A stretch of 32,000 nt of DNA from Patescibacteria group bacterium. Lineage in GTDB: Bacteria; Patescibacteriota; UBA1384; XYA2-FULL-43-10. The notes beneath the pieces are model-generated. The model worked only from the letters and a program-made list of their open reading frames with translations, was not told where the DNA came from and ran no database searches. This document shows, one piece after another, positions 8,884 to 18,131 of this stretch. The stretch is taken from NCBI GenBank assembly GCA_041674405.1, contig JBAYVT010000001.1:210001-242000 (forward strand), written 5' to 3'. The translations under genes were made by a program, and so were the position numbers. Positions within the stretch are counted from its first letter, which is position 1; each line of letters starts with the position of its first letter.

Positions 8884-10050
8884 TTAGCCGGCCTTCAGGA
8901 CCCTAGGCGGGTCATTGGCGAAGTAGTCGGGAGCCTCATTGATCAGGCAGCGAATGCCCGCGTAGTACCATGCTCCATATCGGTATAGCGGTTTCTCACT
9001 AATGACGACCTGGTCGTCACCCACAAGATCCGTTATTACTTGCTGAAGCTCTGGCTCCCCTCCACTCATGACCACTCTGCCGTCCGCGGTCTGATAGACG
9101 CCCATAGCCAGTGGATGGTGGATTCGTTTGATCCGATGGAACTCGATGCCAGCGCGTATGGCCCGACGACGACACTCACGAAGCGTCGAATCAGGGTTGT
9201 ACTTTGGCGGTTTTCTCTGTCCCTGGAAGCCAGACCAGATCAAGGGGTCAGCAAGCAGGTGCAAGCCACCTCGACGGTCTTCAATTACGGCGAAGAACCG
9301 ATCGATGTGGTTGTCGGCGCCATAGCCCATCTTGCTCGCTTGTCCATCCAGGAAGGTAGCTGATACTTCCGGGAGTTCGAGCACTGCCATTCCCAGATCC
9401 TTGAGTGGCTGTATCGGCGGCGGTTTGAGCTCATAGCGATCTTCTCCCAACGCCTTCAACGTTTCTGGTCCAGGCATTTCGACCTTGTCGAACACAACTG
9501 CCAAAGACTGCCTGAAGAGTATCCGGCCGCCTTCGCCGTAGATACTGTCGACAACGTTGTTCTTTTCCACCCAAGCCGGATCGACGACCCGGCTATGTCG
9601 CGGATCGAGCACAGCTTGGAAGCGGTGCCAGCTCAGGTCCATCATCACCGTGCCATTCGGCAGCATGGTCCACAGGTCCCGAGGGAACCCTTGAACCAAG
9701 ATGTCAATGTCCGGGAAGTTGATGGTCGGGAAAGGGCCACTCTTCATCGCATCGAAATACTGCTGGCCCAGAAGCTCCCTAAAGGCTAGCATCACCATGG
9801 GAGTCAAACCTGCCGCAGCCAGCATGGAATAGATCAGGGCCCATTCTTCCGCAGCTTCCTGAGCCATTCCCCGGAGAATCCCCATGAATTCGGGGTCTTT
9901 GGCGGGAAGAGCATAGCTGCGGCCCGGGACTAAACTGTACCGGGAAAACGTTGGAAGCGGGTACGGCGCAAACCGCTCGTCTTGCCCATACGGTCTCGTC
10001 TTGTAGACGTTTGATACGGCAAAATGCGGCAAGCCATAAACGTGAATCAC
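8884..10050 (-). CDS. Pentein/GME-superfamily (arginine/agmatine deiminase or amidinotransferase-like) protein, 388 aa
   Basis: GTG start at 10050 preceded by gaaaGGAGGgcatctgc. Motifs GFPRDLWTMLPNG, YGEGGRILF, GADNHIDRFFAVI, GAWYYAGIRCLINEAP parallel the pentein W-x-RD, EGG, H-x-D and catalytic Cys motifs. GC-rich coding region. Confidence 0.65.
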   Translation of the reverse strand: MIHVYGLPHFAVSNVYKTRPYGQDERFAPYPLPTFSRYSLVPGRSYALPAKDPEFMGILRGMAQEAAEEWALIYSMLAAAGLTPMVMLAFRELLGQQYFDAMKSGPFPTINFPDIDILVQGFPRDLWTMLPNGTVMMDLSWHRFQAVLDPRHSRVVDPAWVEKNNVVDSIYGEGGRILFRQSLAVVFDKVEMPGPETLKALGEDRYELKPPPIQPLKDLGMAVLELPEVSATFLDGQASKMGYGADNHIDRFFAVIEDRRGGLHLLADPLIWSGFQGQRKPPKYNPDSTLRECRRRAIRAGIEFHRIKRIHHPLAMGVYQTADGRVVMSGGEPELQQVITDLVGDDQVVISEKPLYRYGAWYYAGIRCLINEAPDYFANDPPRVLKAG

Positions 10051-10082
10051 GCAGATGCCCTCCTTTCGGGCTTCGCTTTGGG

Positions 10083-10111
10083 ATAGTACGGCTACATTTG
10101 GATTACCACAA
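10083..10111 (-). promoter_or_regulatory. Candidate promoter for pentein-like gene
   Basis: Minus strand TTGTGG-17 nt-TACTAT, located upstream of the GTG start and downstream of the track's ATG at 10128. Confidence 0.5.
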
Positions 10112-10206
10112 TTTTTAGAAAATAGCAAGGCTGGTTAAGTTCAAAATTATTTACGCTGCGTTTTCCAAAATATTTTATTTATCCACTTCCAAAGCGAAAA
10201 AAGTAT

Positions 10207-10235
10207 TTGACAAAAATATTTCATTAGTGTACAAT
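10207..10235 (+). promoter_or_regulatory. Promoter of RRM protein gene
   Basis: TTGACA-17 nt-TACAAT. Confidence 0.8.
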
Positions 10236-10340
10236 ATTACCAAGTTTGAGAGTGTAGGTGTGCTAAGAACTTTCGTTCAAATCCCCCGAGACAATCAAGC
10301 GGGTCGATTTAATTATCGCTTAGGAAAGCGAACTGAAAAC

Positions 10341-10640
10341 ATGGATCAAGAAGTTGAAAAGAGCAACAAGCTCTATGTAGGAAATCTTCCCTACAATGTA
10401 GATGATCAGCCTTTCCGTGATGAACAGCTTAAAGCAATCTTCGCCGAAGCCGGCGAGGTTTCTGAAGCTACCGTTATCACAGAGAGAGAAACTGGTCGTT
10501 CTAAAGGGTTCGGATTCGTCACTTATGCTGACGAAGCCACAGCCACCAAGGCTTTGGAAGAACTCAATGGAAAAGAAATTGGCGGCAGAGAATTAAGAAT
10601 TTCTTATGCCCGACCAATGCGCGAGAGAGAAGACAGATAA
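10341..10640 (+). CDS. RRM-domain RNA-binding protein
   Basis: NKLYVGNLPYNV (RNP2) and SKGFGFVTY (RNP1). Start at 10341 preferred because the track start (10227) lies in the promoter -10 region. Confidence 0.93.
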   Translation: MDQEVEKSNKLYVGNLPYNVDDQPFRDEQLKAIFAEAGEVSEATVITERETGRSKGFGFVTYADEATATKALEELNGKEIGGRELRISYARPMREREDR

Positions 10641-10660
10641 TTTCGTCTACTTGACGCGAA

Positions 10661-10700
10661 TAAAAGCAAAAATCCCCCAAAGGGGGATTTTTGCTTTTAT
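10661..10700 (+). terminator. Intrinsic terminator, RRM gene
   Basis: 18-bp perfect arms taaaagcaaaaatccccc / gggggatttttgctttta with aaaa loop. Confidence 0.92.
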
Positions 10701-10703
10701 AAT

Positions 10704-10732
10704 TGATTTTTTACGCCCAGTGCGTTAGTATT
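10704..10732 (+). promoter_or_regulatory. Candidate promoter for the 117-aa GC-rich gene
   Basis: TTGATT-17 nt-TAGTAT immediately after the RRM terminator. Confidence 0.5.
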
Positions 10733-10820
10733 GCGGTGCTCGCAGCAAGGCAACTTTCCAGTCCGGATCTGGCCGCCCCTCACGAAAATTCAACCGCCTA
10801 TGGCGGAGGAGGAGCTGACC

Positions 10821-11174
10821 ATGACAAAGAGCTGGAGAATATTGCTAGAAGGTTTCGAGGCACTCGAGGAAAAAGTCCATCATGCGTTGTTCGAAGTCGC
10901 AGCAGCGCAAGAGGACGCAGATGCGGGATGGGACTCGTGGCTAGAGTGGGAAGAACTCGCGAAGCAGGTCCGGCGCGCAGCGCACGCCCGGGACCTCTCG
11001 ATAGACGAGTTTGACTCGCTTTGCCGCACGGCCCGTCGGTACCAGAACAAGAGAGTGCATGACCTCTGCGTCGCACTCGAGATCGAGAGTTTCGCAGAGG
11101 AAGACGGCACCATGATCTGGGAGCAGTTTTGTGCTTTAGTTGGCAAACTCGAGCACCTGGCGCCAAGCCCGTAG
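10821..11174 (+). CDS. Orphan 117-aa protein in GC-rich unit
   Basis: GGAGGAGGagctgaccATG; MTKSWRILLEGFEALEEKVHHALFEVAAAQEDADAGWDSWLEWEELAKQVRRAAHARDLSIDEFDSLCRTARRYQNKRVHDLCVALEIESFAEEDGTMIWEQFCALVGKLEHLAPSP; followed by a hairpin. Confidence 0.65.
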   Translation: MTKSWRILLEGFEALEEKVHHALFEVAAAQEDADAGWDSWLEWEELAKQVRRAAHARDLSIDEFDSLCRTARRYQNKRVHDLCVALEIESFAEEDGTMIWEQFCALVGKLEHLAPSP

Positions 11175-11202
11175 GGAGCTCCGAGCCTTCAACGAGCGAG
11201 TC

Positions 11203-11227
11203 GGGCGGTCTGATGCATGGACCGCCC
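11203..11227 (+). terminator. GC-rich hairpin terminator of 117-aa gene
   Basis: gggcggtc-9 nt-gaccgccc followed by acaatttatttta. Confidence 0.7.
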
Positions 11228-11243
11228 ACAATTTATTTTAGAC

Positions 11244-12011
11244 CTATTTCTTTAAGTTCTCACTCGACATAAACTTTTTGATGTCATTGATCGTAGACAT
11301 GAATTGGGCAGGAAAAATGATCGTGGAATTTTTCTCTGTCGAAATTTCAGATAGGACTTGAAGGTTTCGAAGCTGCAGTGCAATTGGGTGTTTATTGATA
11401 ATATCAGCAGCTTTACCAAGTTTGTCCGCCGATTGAAATTCGCCTTCGGCAGCGATAATTTTTGCTCTTTTCTCCCTTTCAGCTTCTGCCTGTTTTGCCA
11501 TCGCTCTCTGCATCGTATCAGGAAGTTGAATATCTTTGATCTCAACAGTTGTTACAATCACGCCCCAAGCTTCTGTATGGCTATCGATAATTTTTTTGAT
11601 TTTTTGGTTAATTTTGTCCGTGTCAGAAAGAACCTCATCAAGTGAAAATTGGCCCACGATATTTCTCACGGTCGTTTGGGCAATCTGGTTTACCGCCGCA
11701 TAAACATTTTGGACGGCAACGATCGATTTGGTTGCATCTACCACATGGTAATAAGCCACGGCTGCCACATCAATCGAAACATTATCGCGCGTGATAATTT
11801 TCTGGGATTGAACCGGCATTGTAATTATCTGTAGAGAAATTTTGTAAAGTCGATCAATAATCGGAATAATCATCCGAATTCCTGGCTCTTTTTCTCCTAT
11901 CACCCGCCCAAGCCTAAACCAGACTCCCCGTTCATATTGCTGAACTACCCGCAATGCCGCAGCGATTAATATCACCGCAATCCCGATCACATACCACCAT
12001 ACTATGCTCAT
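11244..12011 (-). CDS. SPFH/Band-7 domain protein (slipin/stomatin-like)
   Basis: N-terminal TM then [14 protein letters not shown]...[58 protein letters not shown]. Confidence 0.93.
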   Translation of the reverse strand: MSIVWWYVIGIAVILIAAALRVVQQYERGVWFRLGRVIGEKEPGIRMIIPIIDRLYKISLQIITMPVQSQKIITRDNVSIDVAAVAYYHVVDATKSIVAVQNVYAAVNQIAQTTVRNIVGQFSLDEVLSDTDKINQKIKKIIDSHTEAWGVIVTTVEIKDIQLPDTMQRAMAKQAEAEREKRAKIIAAEGEFQSADKLGKAADIINKHPIALQLRNLQVLSEISTEKNSTIIFPAQFMSTINDIKKFMSSENLKK

Positions 12012-12129
12012 TTTTTCCTTTCGTTATTGATTAAAATGTAGTGCTAGTTTAGAAAAATTGCAATAGGCAGGACAACTAGAACAATCGCTTCGGCTTGGGT
12101 ATAATACGGAAAGACAAAAGAAAGGAATT

Positions 12130-13062
12130 ATGGCGAAAGTAATCGAAGTAAAAAATTTGTCCAAAAAGTACGGACCGCTTGTTGCGGTTGATGGAATCAA
12201 TTTTAGTGTTGAAAAGGGTGAAATTTTTGGTCTTTTGGGTGAAAATGGAGCCGGTAAGACGACAACACTTGAGATGATTGAGGGGTTAAGGAAACCATCT
12301 AGCGGAGAAATCAAAGTGCTTGGCCATGATTCGCAGAGTGAAATTGCCGAGATTAAGAATAGGATTGGAGTCCAGCTCCAGTCATCAGCATATTTCAGCT
12401 TTTTAAATCTAAGAGAAATTCTTGATCTTTTTGGTGGGTTTTATCCGAAGAGAATCGCCACGGATGAGCTTCTTTCCATGGTCCGGCTCAGGGAAAAATC
12501 AAAAGACTTCGTCGGCAACCTCTCTGGCGGACAGAAGCAAAGATTCTCGATTATTGCTAGCCTCATAAATGATCCCGATGTGGTTTTTCTTGATGAGCCA
12601 ACCACCGGCCTCGACCCTCTGGCGCGCCGAAACCTCTGGGATATTATTCTGAAAATCAAGTCGCAAGGAAAAACAATAATTCTGACCACTCATTACATGG
12701 AGGAAGCAGAAAAACTTTGCGACCGAATTGCAATCATGGAGAGAGGAAAAATTCTCGCTATTGGCACGGTCCACGAACTCATCTTGAAGGTAAATAATCC
12801 ATTCAGAATTCAATTTGTCGCCGCTGGTATTCCAGCAAACATTGAAAAAAACATTCGCGGATGCTGTGGAGAATTCGTGAAATTCGATGGCAAAACTGAC
12901 CATTACGAGTTGCAGCTTAAAAATCGCAAGGATTTAAAAACTGCTCTATCAGAGATTGAAAAAATAAATTACGAAGATTTACTGGTAACGCGAGCATCAC
13001 TTGAAGAATTATTTATCGAGCTTACAGGAAAAGCGATTGAGGACGAGGAGGCAAATGCTTAG
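12130..13062 (+). CDS. ABC transporter ATP-binding protein
   Basis: Walker A GENGAGKTT, signature LSGGQKQRF, Walker B VVFLDEPTTGLD. Confidence 0.95.
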   Translation: MAKVIEVKNLSKKYGPLVAVDGINFSVEKGEIFGLLGENGAGKTTTLEMIEGLRKPSSGEIKVLGHDSQSEIAEIKNRIGVQLQSSAYFSFLNLREILDLFGGFYPKRIATDELLSMVRLREKSKDFVGNLSGGQKQRFSIIASLINDPDVVFLDEPTTGLDPLARRNLWDIILKIKSQGKTIILTTHYMEEAEKLCDRIAIMERGKILAIGTVHELILKVNNPFRIQFVAAGIPANIEKNIRGCCGEFVKFDGKTDHYELQLKNRKDLKTALSEIEKINYEDLLVTRASLEELFIELTGKAIEDEEANA

Positions 13063-14137
13063 ATTATTTATCGCAGACCTGAAAATGCTGGTCCGGAATC
13101 GACAGGCGCTTTTTTGGAGCTTGATGTTTCCGCTGATGTTTACAATAATTTTTGGCTTCTTTTTTGGCGGGTCAACCATCGCCGGCACAATTGGCTTGAT
13201 CAACAATTCGAACACACAGATAGCGCAGGGTCTAGTTTCTGCACTCAAGGGAACCGACTTACTCAAAGTCCAGGACGAGAGCGATTTGAACACAGCCAAA
13301 GATTTGATCAAGAAAAACACAATTTCTGCGGTCGTCGTGATTCCTCAAGGTTTTGGGGATATCACCCCCGATTCACCAAGACAAGTTGATGTTATTTACG
13401 ACCCCGGATCGCAACAGCTTGTGGCAATTATTAATTCTTTTCTGAATACTTATCTTACCAATGTAAATTATTCCGTTCAGAATGCTAAACCGATTTTTTC
13501 CGTTAATGCCCAGGCAATAAATTCGGAGAGAAAGTTAAATTACTTCGATTTTGTTCTTGCTGGAATCCTCGGGATGGCAATCATGCAATCCTCCATTATC
13601 GGCGTTTCTATTGCCATCAGCACTTACAGGCAGGAAAAAATACTAAAGCGCATAACCACCACCCCGATTAAGACATGGCAATTTATCATCGCCGAAGTTT
13701 TATCGCGTTTAGTGGTAAATTTAATTCAAGTTGCCCTCGTTCTGGCGCTTGGCGTTTATGCATTTCACGGACATATTTATGGAAATATCTTCGAAATTTT
13801 CGGCATCGCTCTTTTGGGTGCCCTTCTATTTCAGATGATCGGTTTTGTGGTTGCCAGCTTTGCCAAAACCGCCGATGCGGCGCAAGGGATGGCAACCGCT
13901 ATCGGAATCCCGATGATGTTTCTAGCCGGCGTATTTTTTCCGATCGATTCTTTGCCCAAGTGGCTTTACTCTGTTGTCCAATATCTGCCACTTGCACCAC
14001 TTCTCAGAATCCTGCGCACTGTGGCCCTTGAAGCTGGCTCGGCTTTTCAAAACCCAGTGAATATGGCAATCGTCGGTGCCTGGATTGTCGTATGTTTGGC
14101 ACTTTCGCTCTGGAGATTTCGCCTATCAGAAGAATAG
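13055..14137 (+). CDS. ABC-2 type transporter permease
   Basis: MLRLFIADLKMLVRNRQALFWSLMFPLMFTIIFGFFFGG...; ATG overlaps the ATPase stop codon region; typical ABC-2 topology. Confidence 0.92.
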   Translation: MLRLFIADLKMLVRNRQALFWSLMFPLMFTIIFGFFFGGSTIAGTIGLINNSNTQIAQGLVSALKGTDLLKVQDESDLNTAKDLIKKNTISAVVVIPQGFGDITPDSPRQVDVIYDPGSQQLVAIINSFLNTYLTNVNYSVQNAKPIFSVNAQAINSERKLNYFDFVLAGILGMAIMQSSIIGVSIAISTYRQEKILKRITTTPIKTWQFIIAEVLSRLVVNLIQVALVLALGVYAFHGHIYGNIFEIFGIALLGALLFQMIGFVVASFAKTADAAQGMATAIGIPMMFLAGVFFPIDSLPKWLYSVVQYLPLAPLLRILRTVALEAGSAFQNPVNMAIVGAWIVVCLALSLWRFRLSEE

Positions 14138-14236
14138 TGGACAAATGGGCTATTGCCGAGCCCTACAAAATGATATGATATATATGGTGAATTGTGAAAT
14201 TTGCCATTTGAAATATTTAGTGAGGAGGATACCACA

Positions 14237-14440
14237 ATGGATCCAGAAGAGACACAAGAAGAAACAACCCCTGTTGAGGGTGGCGAAGCTGAAGGCACTG
14301 AGGCTCCAGCAGCACCAGAAGCGAATGCAGAAGGTGGAGAAGAATCAGAACTCGGTGCACCAGCCGACGAAGAAGCTCCAAAAGCTCCAGAGACGGGAGC
14401 CGAAGGCGAAAGTGAAGAAGAACCACCAGCCACAGAGTAA
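14237..14440 (+). CDS. Small acidic, Glu/Ala/Pro-rich low-complexity protein
   Basis: SD gaggagg at 14222-14228; MDPEETQEETTPVEGGEAEGTEAPAAPEANAEGGEESELGAPADEEAPKAPETGAEGESEEEPPATE; followed by strong terminator. Confidence 0.7.
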   Translation: MDPEETQEETTPVEGGEAEGTEAPAAPEANAEGGEESELGAPADEEAPKAPETGAEGESEEEPPATE

Positions 14441-14451
14441 TTCAATTGAAC

Positions 14452-14489
14452 AATAAGAAAAATCAGGCCTTGGCCTGATTTTTCTTATT
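14452..14489 (+). terminator. Intrinsic, likely bidirectional terminator
   Basis: aataagaaaaatcaggcc / ggcctgatttttcttatt with tt loop. Confidence 0.9.
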
Positions 14490-14500
14490 GTAAATATAAT

Positions 14501-15130
14501 TTATTCTGCGCTTGTATCTGTTGATATTTTGGAAACGACCACATCAAACATGTGTGTTCCGGAGGAAACAATATACATCGAAATATCGCCTTTATCAAAA
14601 TATGCACTGAACGAATCGCTTGTGTTGTAGTTCGCCGTTTTGGTATAGCCGGCATTTACAAAAGCATTTTCTATGTCTGAATATTTTGAGGCATTGACTT
14701 CATTTTTTGTAGTATAATACAGCGTTGCACTATCCGTTGCCGATGACCAAAGCGAAAGTTTTGCTCCGCCAAACAAATTGGTAAGTATTGGCTTGATTTC
14801 CGCATTAACAGAAATCGACAAGGAATCAGACGGAGTAACTTCTTGAACCTGTGAATAATCATTGGTATCAGTGCCAATATTTGTAGTGTCAGTGTTCACA
14901 CCGGTGGTGTCTTTGATCACATCCGACACTGCATTGTGGACTCTATTTTTGACAAAACGATAAATTCCATAACTAATTCCGCCACCCACAACTACAAGGA
15001 CGAGTACCACAATCAGGATAATCAATCCTACATTTGTTTTTTTCTTGGCTGGTGCGGCCTGTGTCGGCTGCGGCGCTGCCGTTTGCGCTGGTGCTGGCGC
15101 CTCAGGAGTATTTTTTTGATCCTCTGGCAT
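14501..15130 (-). CDS. Single-TM protein with Pro/Ala/Gln-rich cytoplasmic N-terminus, extracytoplasmic domain of unknown function
   Basis: MPEDQKNTPEAPAPAQTAAPQPTQAAPAKKKTNVGLIILIVVLVLVVVGGGISYGIY... Confidence 0.75.
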   Translation of the reverse strand: MPEDQKNTPEAPAPAQTAAPQPTQAAPAKKKTNVGLIILIVVLVLVVVGGGISYGIYRFVKNRVHNAVSDVIKDTTGVNTDTTNIGTDTNDYSQVQEVTPSDSLSISVNAEIKPILTNLFGGAKLSLWSSATDSATLYYTTKNEVNASKYSDIENAFVNAGYTKTANYNTSDSFSAYFDKGDISMYIVSSGTHMFDVVVSKISTDTSAE

Positions 15131-15358
15131 AAACCCTCCATATTCCTTTTGGAATTTAGTTCTAAATATTATTACACAGGATTATTTTACCCCCATTTTA
15201 TAAAGATTCAAAGTTTTTATTAGAAATTATAATGCAACATCTTTGTTGATCGGCTAAGATTCTGATAGCGTTAAACAAAAAATTAAATGATTTTATTTTC
15301 AGTTTTAATTTTTGATTCCGAAGGGACCCCTTTGGGGCTTTGATTTAGATGAGGTGCC

Positions 15359-15802
15359 ATGATTATTACCAGCCCCGATTTTCAAGAAGGAGAAAAAATT
15401 CCAGAAATATATACCTGTGACGGCAACGATATTGCGCCGGATATCATTGTTGATGATGTCCCAGATGAGGCAAAAAGTTTAGCATTAATTATGGATGATC
15501 CCGATGCCCCGATGCATACTTGGACTCATTGGATTGCTTGGAACATTCCTCCCGGGACGAAAAAAATCAAAGAAGGAATGACACCCGAAGGCACAATTGA
15601 GGGAATAACTTCTGCTGGTAATGCCGGATACCACGGCCCTTGCCCAACCGAAGGAGAGCATAGATATTTTTTTCGATTCTATGCGCTGGATACGATGCTG
15701 AAAATATCTGAAGAATCAGATCGGCACAAGGTTGAACAAGCCATGTCTGGCCATATTATCGAAACATCGGATCTGATGGGGCTGTATGAAAAAGAAGACT
15801 AA
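15359..15802 (+). CDS. YbhB/YbcL-family (PEBP, Raf kinase inhibitor-like) protein
   Basis: TCDGNDIAPDI, LALIMDDPDAPMHTWTHWIAWNIP, GNAGYHGPCPTEGEHRYFFRFYALD. Confidence 0.95.
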   Translation: MIITSPDFQEGEKIPEIYTCDGNDIAPDIIVDDVPDEAKSLALIMDDPDAPMHTWTHWIAWNIPPGTKKIKEGMTPEGTIEGITSAGNAGYHGPCPTEGEHRYFFRFYALDTMLKISEESDRHKVEQAMSGHIIETSDLMGLYEKED

Positions 15803-15807
15803 GCGTT

Positions 15808-16119
15808 TTACACAACTGCAATTACAAATAATGCAATTAATGTAATGATTGCAACGAAGAGAACGGTATAAAGAAGAAGGCTTATGGCTTCTTTTTTCTT
15901 ACCATCAAAGTAAAGCATAAGCGGTTTTCCTACCGATAATATGCCCACGACTAGAGCCGAAAGCACAAAAACCATGAGAAATGTGGCACTTCCGATTATC
16001 GAATTCATTTTCCCGAAAATCTTTTCACCATTATTAAGAAATAACACAACCAGAACTACATACGCTGCAATACCAATTGCGTTGATAACGCCTCTCCACA
16101 TTAGGCTCAAATTTTTCAT
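15808..16119 (-). CDS. Small multi-TM membrane protein, unknown function
   Basis: 103 aa with three hydrophobic segments. Confidence 0.6.
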   Translation of the reverse strand: MKNLSLMWRGVINAIGIAAYVVLVVLFLNNGEKIFGKMNSIIGSATFLMVFVLSALVVGILSVGKPLMLYFDGKKKEAISLLLYTVLFVAIITLIALFVIAVV

Positions 16120-16184
16120 TTAATCTCCTTTTTAATAGTAATCGATATTATAGCACAGCTTGAAATTAGTGCTAAGATAATTGT

Positions 16185-16442
16185 ATGAATAATGGCGACA
16201 AAAAAACAAAAGGCAAATTTGTTTATGTTTTAATACAAGTTCTAGGTGTTTTTTTGTTAATTCTGGGAGTACTGGGAATATTACTCCCGATATTACCCGG
16301 TTGGCCATTGATTTTTTTTGGGCTCTTGATTTTGGGAGCAGATGTTGCATTTCGTGACCGCATAATCAACATATTTCCCGAAAGGTTTCGTCCTGTAATT
16401 CGCCATCATGCAGACAAAATATATGCAAAAAAACACAAATAA
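16185..16442 (+). CDS. PGPGW-type / DUF454-like small membrane protein
   Basis: VLIQVLGVFLLILGVLGILLPILPGWPLIFFGLLILG. Confidence 0.75.
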   Translation: MNNGDKKTKGKFVYVLIQVLGVFLLILGVLGILLPILPGWPLIFFGLLILGADVAFRDRIINIFPERFRPVIRHHADKIYAKKHK

Positions 16443-17064
16443 TAAACCAACTTTTGAAATTGAAAAACATTTTCAGGAGCAAGGTTTCGAACTTGTCGCT
16501 GGGGCTGACGAAGTCGGAAGAGGAGCCCTTGCTGGTCCAATTTTTGCCGCAGCGGCAATTTTTGATATTGAAAAAAACTTTCGCGGAATCCGAAAAATTA
16601 AAGATTCGAAATTGTTGAAAGCAAAAGAAAGAGAAGAAATCCTGAAATATATACGAAAAAATGTGATCGATTCGGCAATAGGGTCAGCATCTGTCGAGGA
16701 GATTAACAAACATGGAATTGGTGCGGCAAATATCATGGCTTTCAAGCGCGCTCTCGATAATTTAAAAAGTGTTGATTTTGCCATCATTGACGGGCGGCAA
16801 TTTCGAGGTTTCGCATATAAATATTTTTGTGTGGAGAAGGGTGATAATAAATCAATTTCGATAGCTGCAGCCTCGATAATTGCCAAAGTCGAGAGAGACA
16901 AATTGATGAGCGAATTAGACCCGAGTGATATATATGGTTTCAAAAATAATAAGGGCTACGGCGCCAAAAAACATCAAGAAGCCTTGAAATCTCATGGCCC
17001 AAGCGAACACCACAGAACTCAATTCATACGCGGGATTCTGAATTCTGATCCGAAATTGTTTTGA
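16408..17064 (+). CDS. rnhB: Ribonuclease HII
   Basis: VAGADEVGRGALAGPIFAAAAIF, IDGRQFRG, AAASIIAKVERDKLM, GYGAKKHQEAL. Confidence 0.96.
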   Translation: MQTKYMQKNTNNKPTFEIEKHFQEQGFELVAGADEVGRGALAGPIFAAAAIFDIEKNFRGIRKIKDSKLLKAKEREEILKYIRKNVIDSAIGSASVEEINKHGIGAANIMAFKRALDNLKSVDFAIIDGRQFRGFAYKYFCVEKGDNKSISIAAASIIAKVERDKLMSELDPSDIYGFKNNKGYGAKKHQEALKSHGPSEHHRTQFIRGILNSDPKLF

Positions 17065-17088
17065 ATAGTACAAACTTAATTATCATTT

Positions 17089-17958
17089 TCATTTCTGTCC
17101 AGTTATCACTGTTCCTGTGCGTTCTTCGAAAAACTCATCATTTGGGTTTATTTTTAATAGTTCTTCCTTAAGCTCATCGTCAAAATTTTTGAGATTATTG
17201 CCAAAAAGTTCCGGGGCGGCGTAAGAATAGCTATGTTGTTCTTGGGCAATCTCGCTTGACGCGACCTTGATCTTTGGAAACTTTAAGTGTTCGTAGCGAA
17301 CGTTTTCGAAGCCTATTTCTTCCAGGATTTTCGGATAATCTTTTGTCTTAACACTAGGAAATGAACCGCTCGATGTTCGCCTCTCTTCACCAAGATATTT
17401 TTTAATAATTTCGATTGTTTTCTGCTGCCAGACCTCTGGTGTATTTTGCCAAATTGTTGAGACTCCGGTTATACCGACACAACCTCCGGGAGCCAGAATT
17501 GTATAGGCAAATTCAAGCATTCTTTTGTAATCCATCCAGTGGAGCGAATTGCCAAAGGTCACTGCCTGAAATTCTCCGATTGTATCGCTTAAATCTTCTC
17601 CGTTTGCACAAAGCCAATCGATATTCTCTGCTTTCCTTTCGGTAGCCAGAATTTTGCCCTCGTCGATCATTTCCCTGCTTGGCTCAACGGCAACTACCCG
17701 ATTAAAATAATGGCTTAAAGGGATAGCAAGAGTGCCCGGGCCAGCGCCGATGTCAAGCAAATCGCCCTTTTTGTCAGGCAGGTTCGCGACAATAAGATCG
17801 ATAACCTCTTTGGGATATTGCGGGCGATATTTGTAATATTTTGATGAGCCCTTAAAAACATCCATTTGCGTCCTGTTCGTTATTTGCTGCATACTATCAT
17901 AGCCAAAAAATCCTAAACACTGATCCAAAGTTGTTCTAATAATCGATTCAGATAACAC
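17089..17958 (-). CDS. Class I SAM-dependent methyltransferase
   Basis: LLDIGAGPGTLAIPLS, VVAVEPSREMIDEG, VTFGNSLHWMD. Start may be at MDVFKG (17865). Confidence 0.88.
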   Translation of the reverse strand: MLSESIIRTTLDQCLGFFGYDSMQQITNRTQMDVFKGSSKYYKYRPQYPKEVIDLIVANLPDKKGDLLDIGAGPGTLAIPLSHYFNRVVAVEPSREMIDEGKILATERKAENIDWLCANGEDLSDTIGEFQAVTFGNSLHWMDYKRMLEFAYTILAPGGCVGITGVSTIWQNTPEVWQQKTIEIIKKYLGEERRTSSGSFPSVKTKDYPKILEEIGFENVRYEHLKFPKIKVASSEIAQEQHSYSYAAPELFGNNLKNFDDELKEELLKINPNDEFFEERTGTVITGQK

Positions 17959-17969
17959 GAATGATTTCT

Positions 17970-18131
17970 CTAATACAAATCTTGAATTTTGTTCTGTAGT
18001 TCTTGAATTTTAATAGCGATTCGGTCTTTCTGAACTTTTTTAAGATCAGGTCCGTATTTAACAACGAATCGTTCTATTCTGGCCAGTGCCTCCAGAGTCT
18101 TTACTACCGTTTTTTCTAGTTTTTCTTCCAT
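17970..18131 (-). CDS. Small hypothetical helical protein
   Basis: MEEKLEKTVVKTLEALARIERFVVKYGPDLKKVQKDRIAIKIQELQNKIQDLY; internal Met of track ORF 17970-18215. Confidence 0.35.
   Translation of the reverse strand: MEEKLEKTVVKTLEALARIERFVVKYGPDLKKVQKDRIAIKIQELQNKIQDLY

Noticed and set aside
9040-9789. Antisense ORFs over the pentein-like gene
   Set aside because: No SD or promoter support; explained by high GC in the opposite-strand coding region.
10227-10340. N-terminal extension of RRM ORF from ATG 10227
   Set aside because: The ATG sits just before the -10 box TACAAT (10230-10235), so it would not be transcribed from this promoter; start at 10341 fits RRM proteins.
10798-11229. 143-aa minus ORF (and 10703..11014, 10880..11146)
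   Set aside because: Low-plausibility Arg/Pro/Ser-rich sequence overlapping the supported 117-aa plus-strand gene.
14047-14445. 132-aa Ser/Ala-rich minus ORF
   Set aside because: Mirror image of the Glu/Ala/Pro-rich plus-strand gene; no signals of its own.
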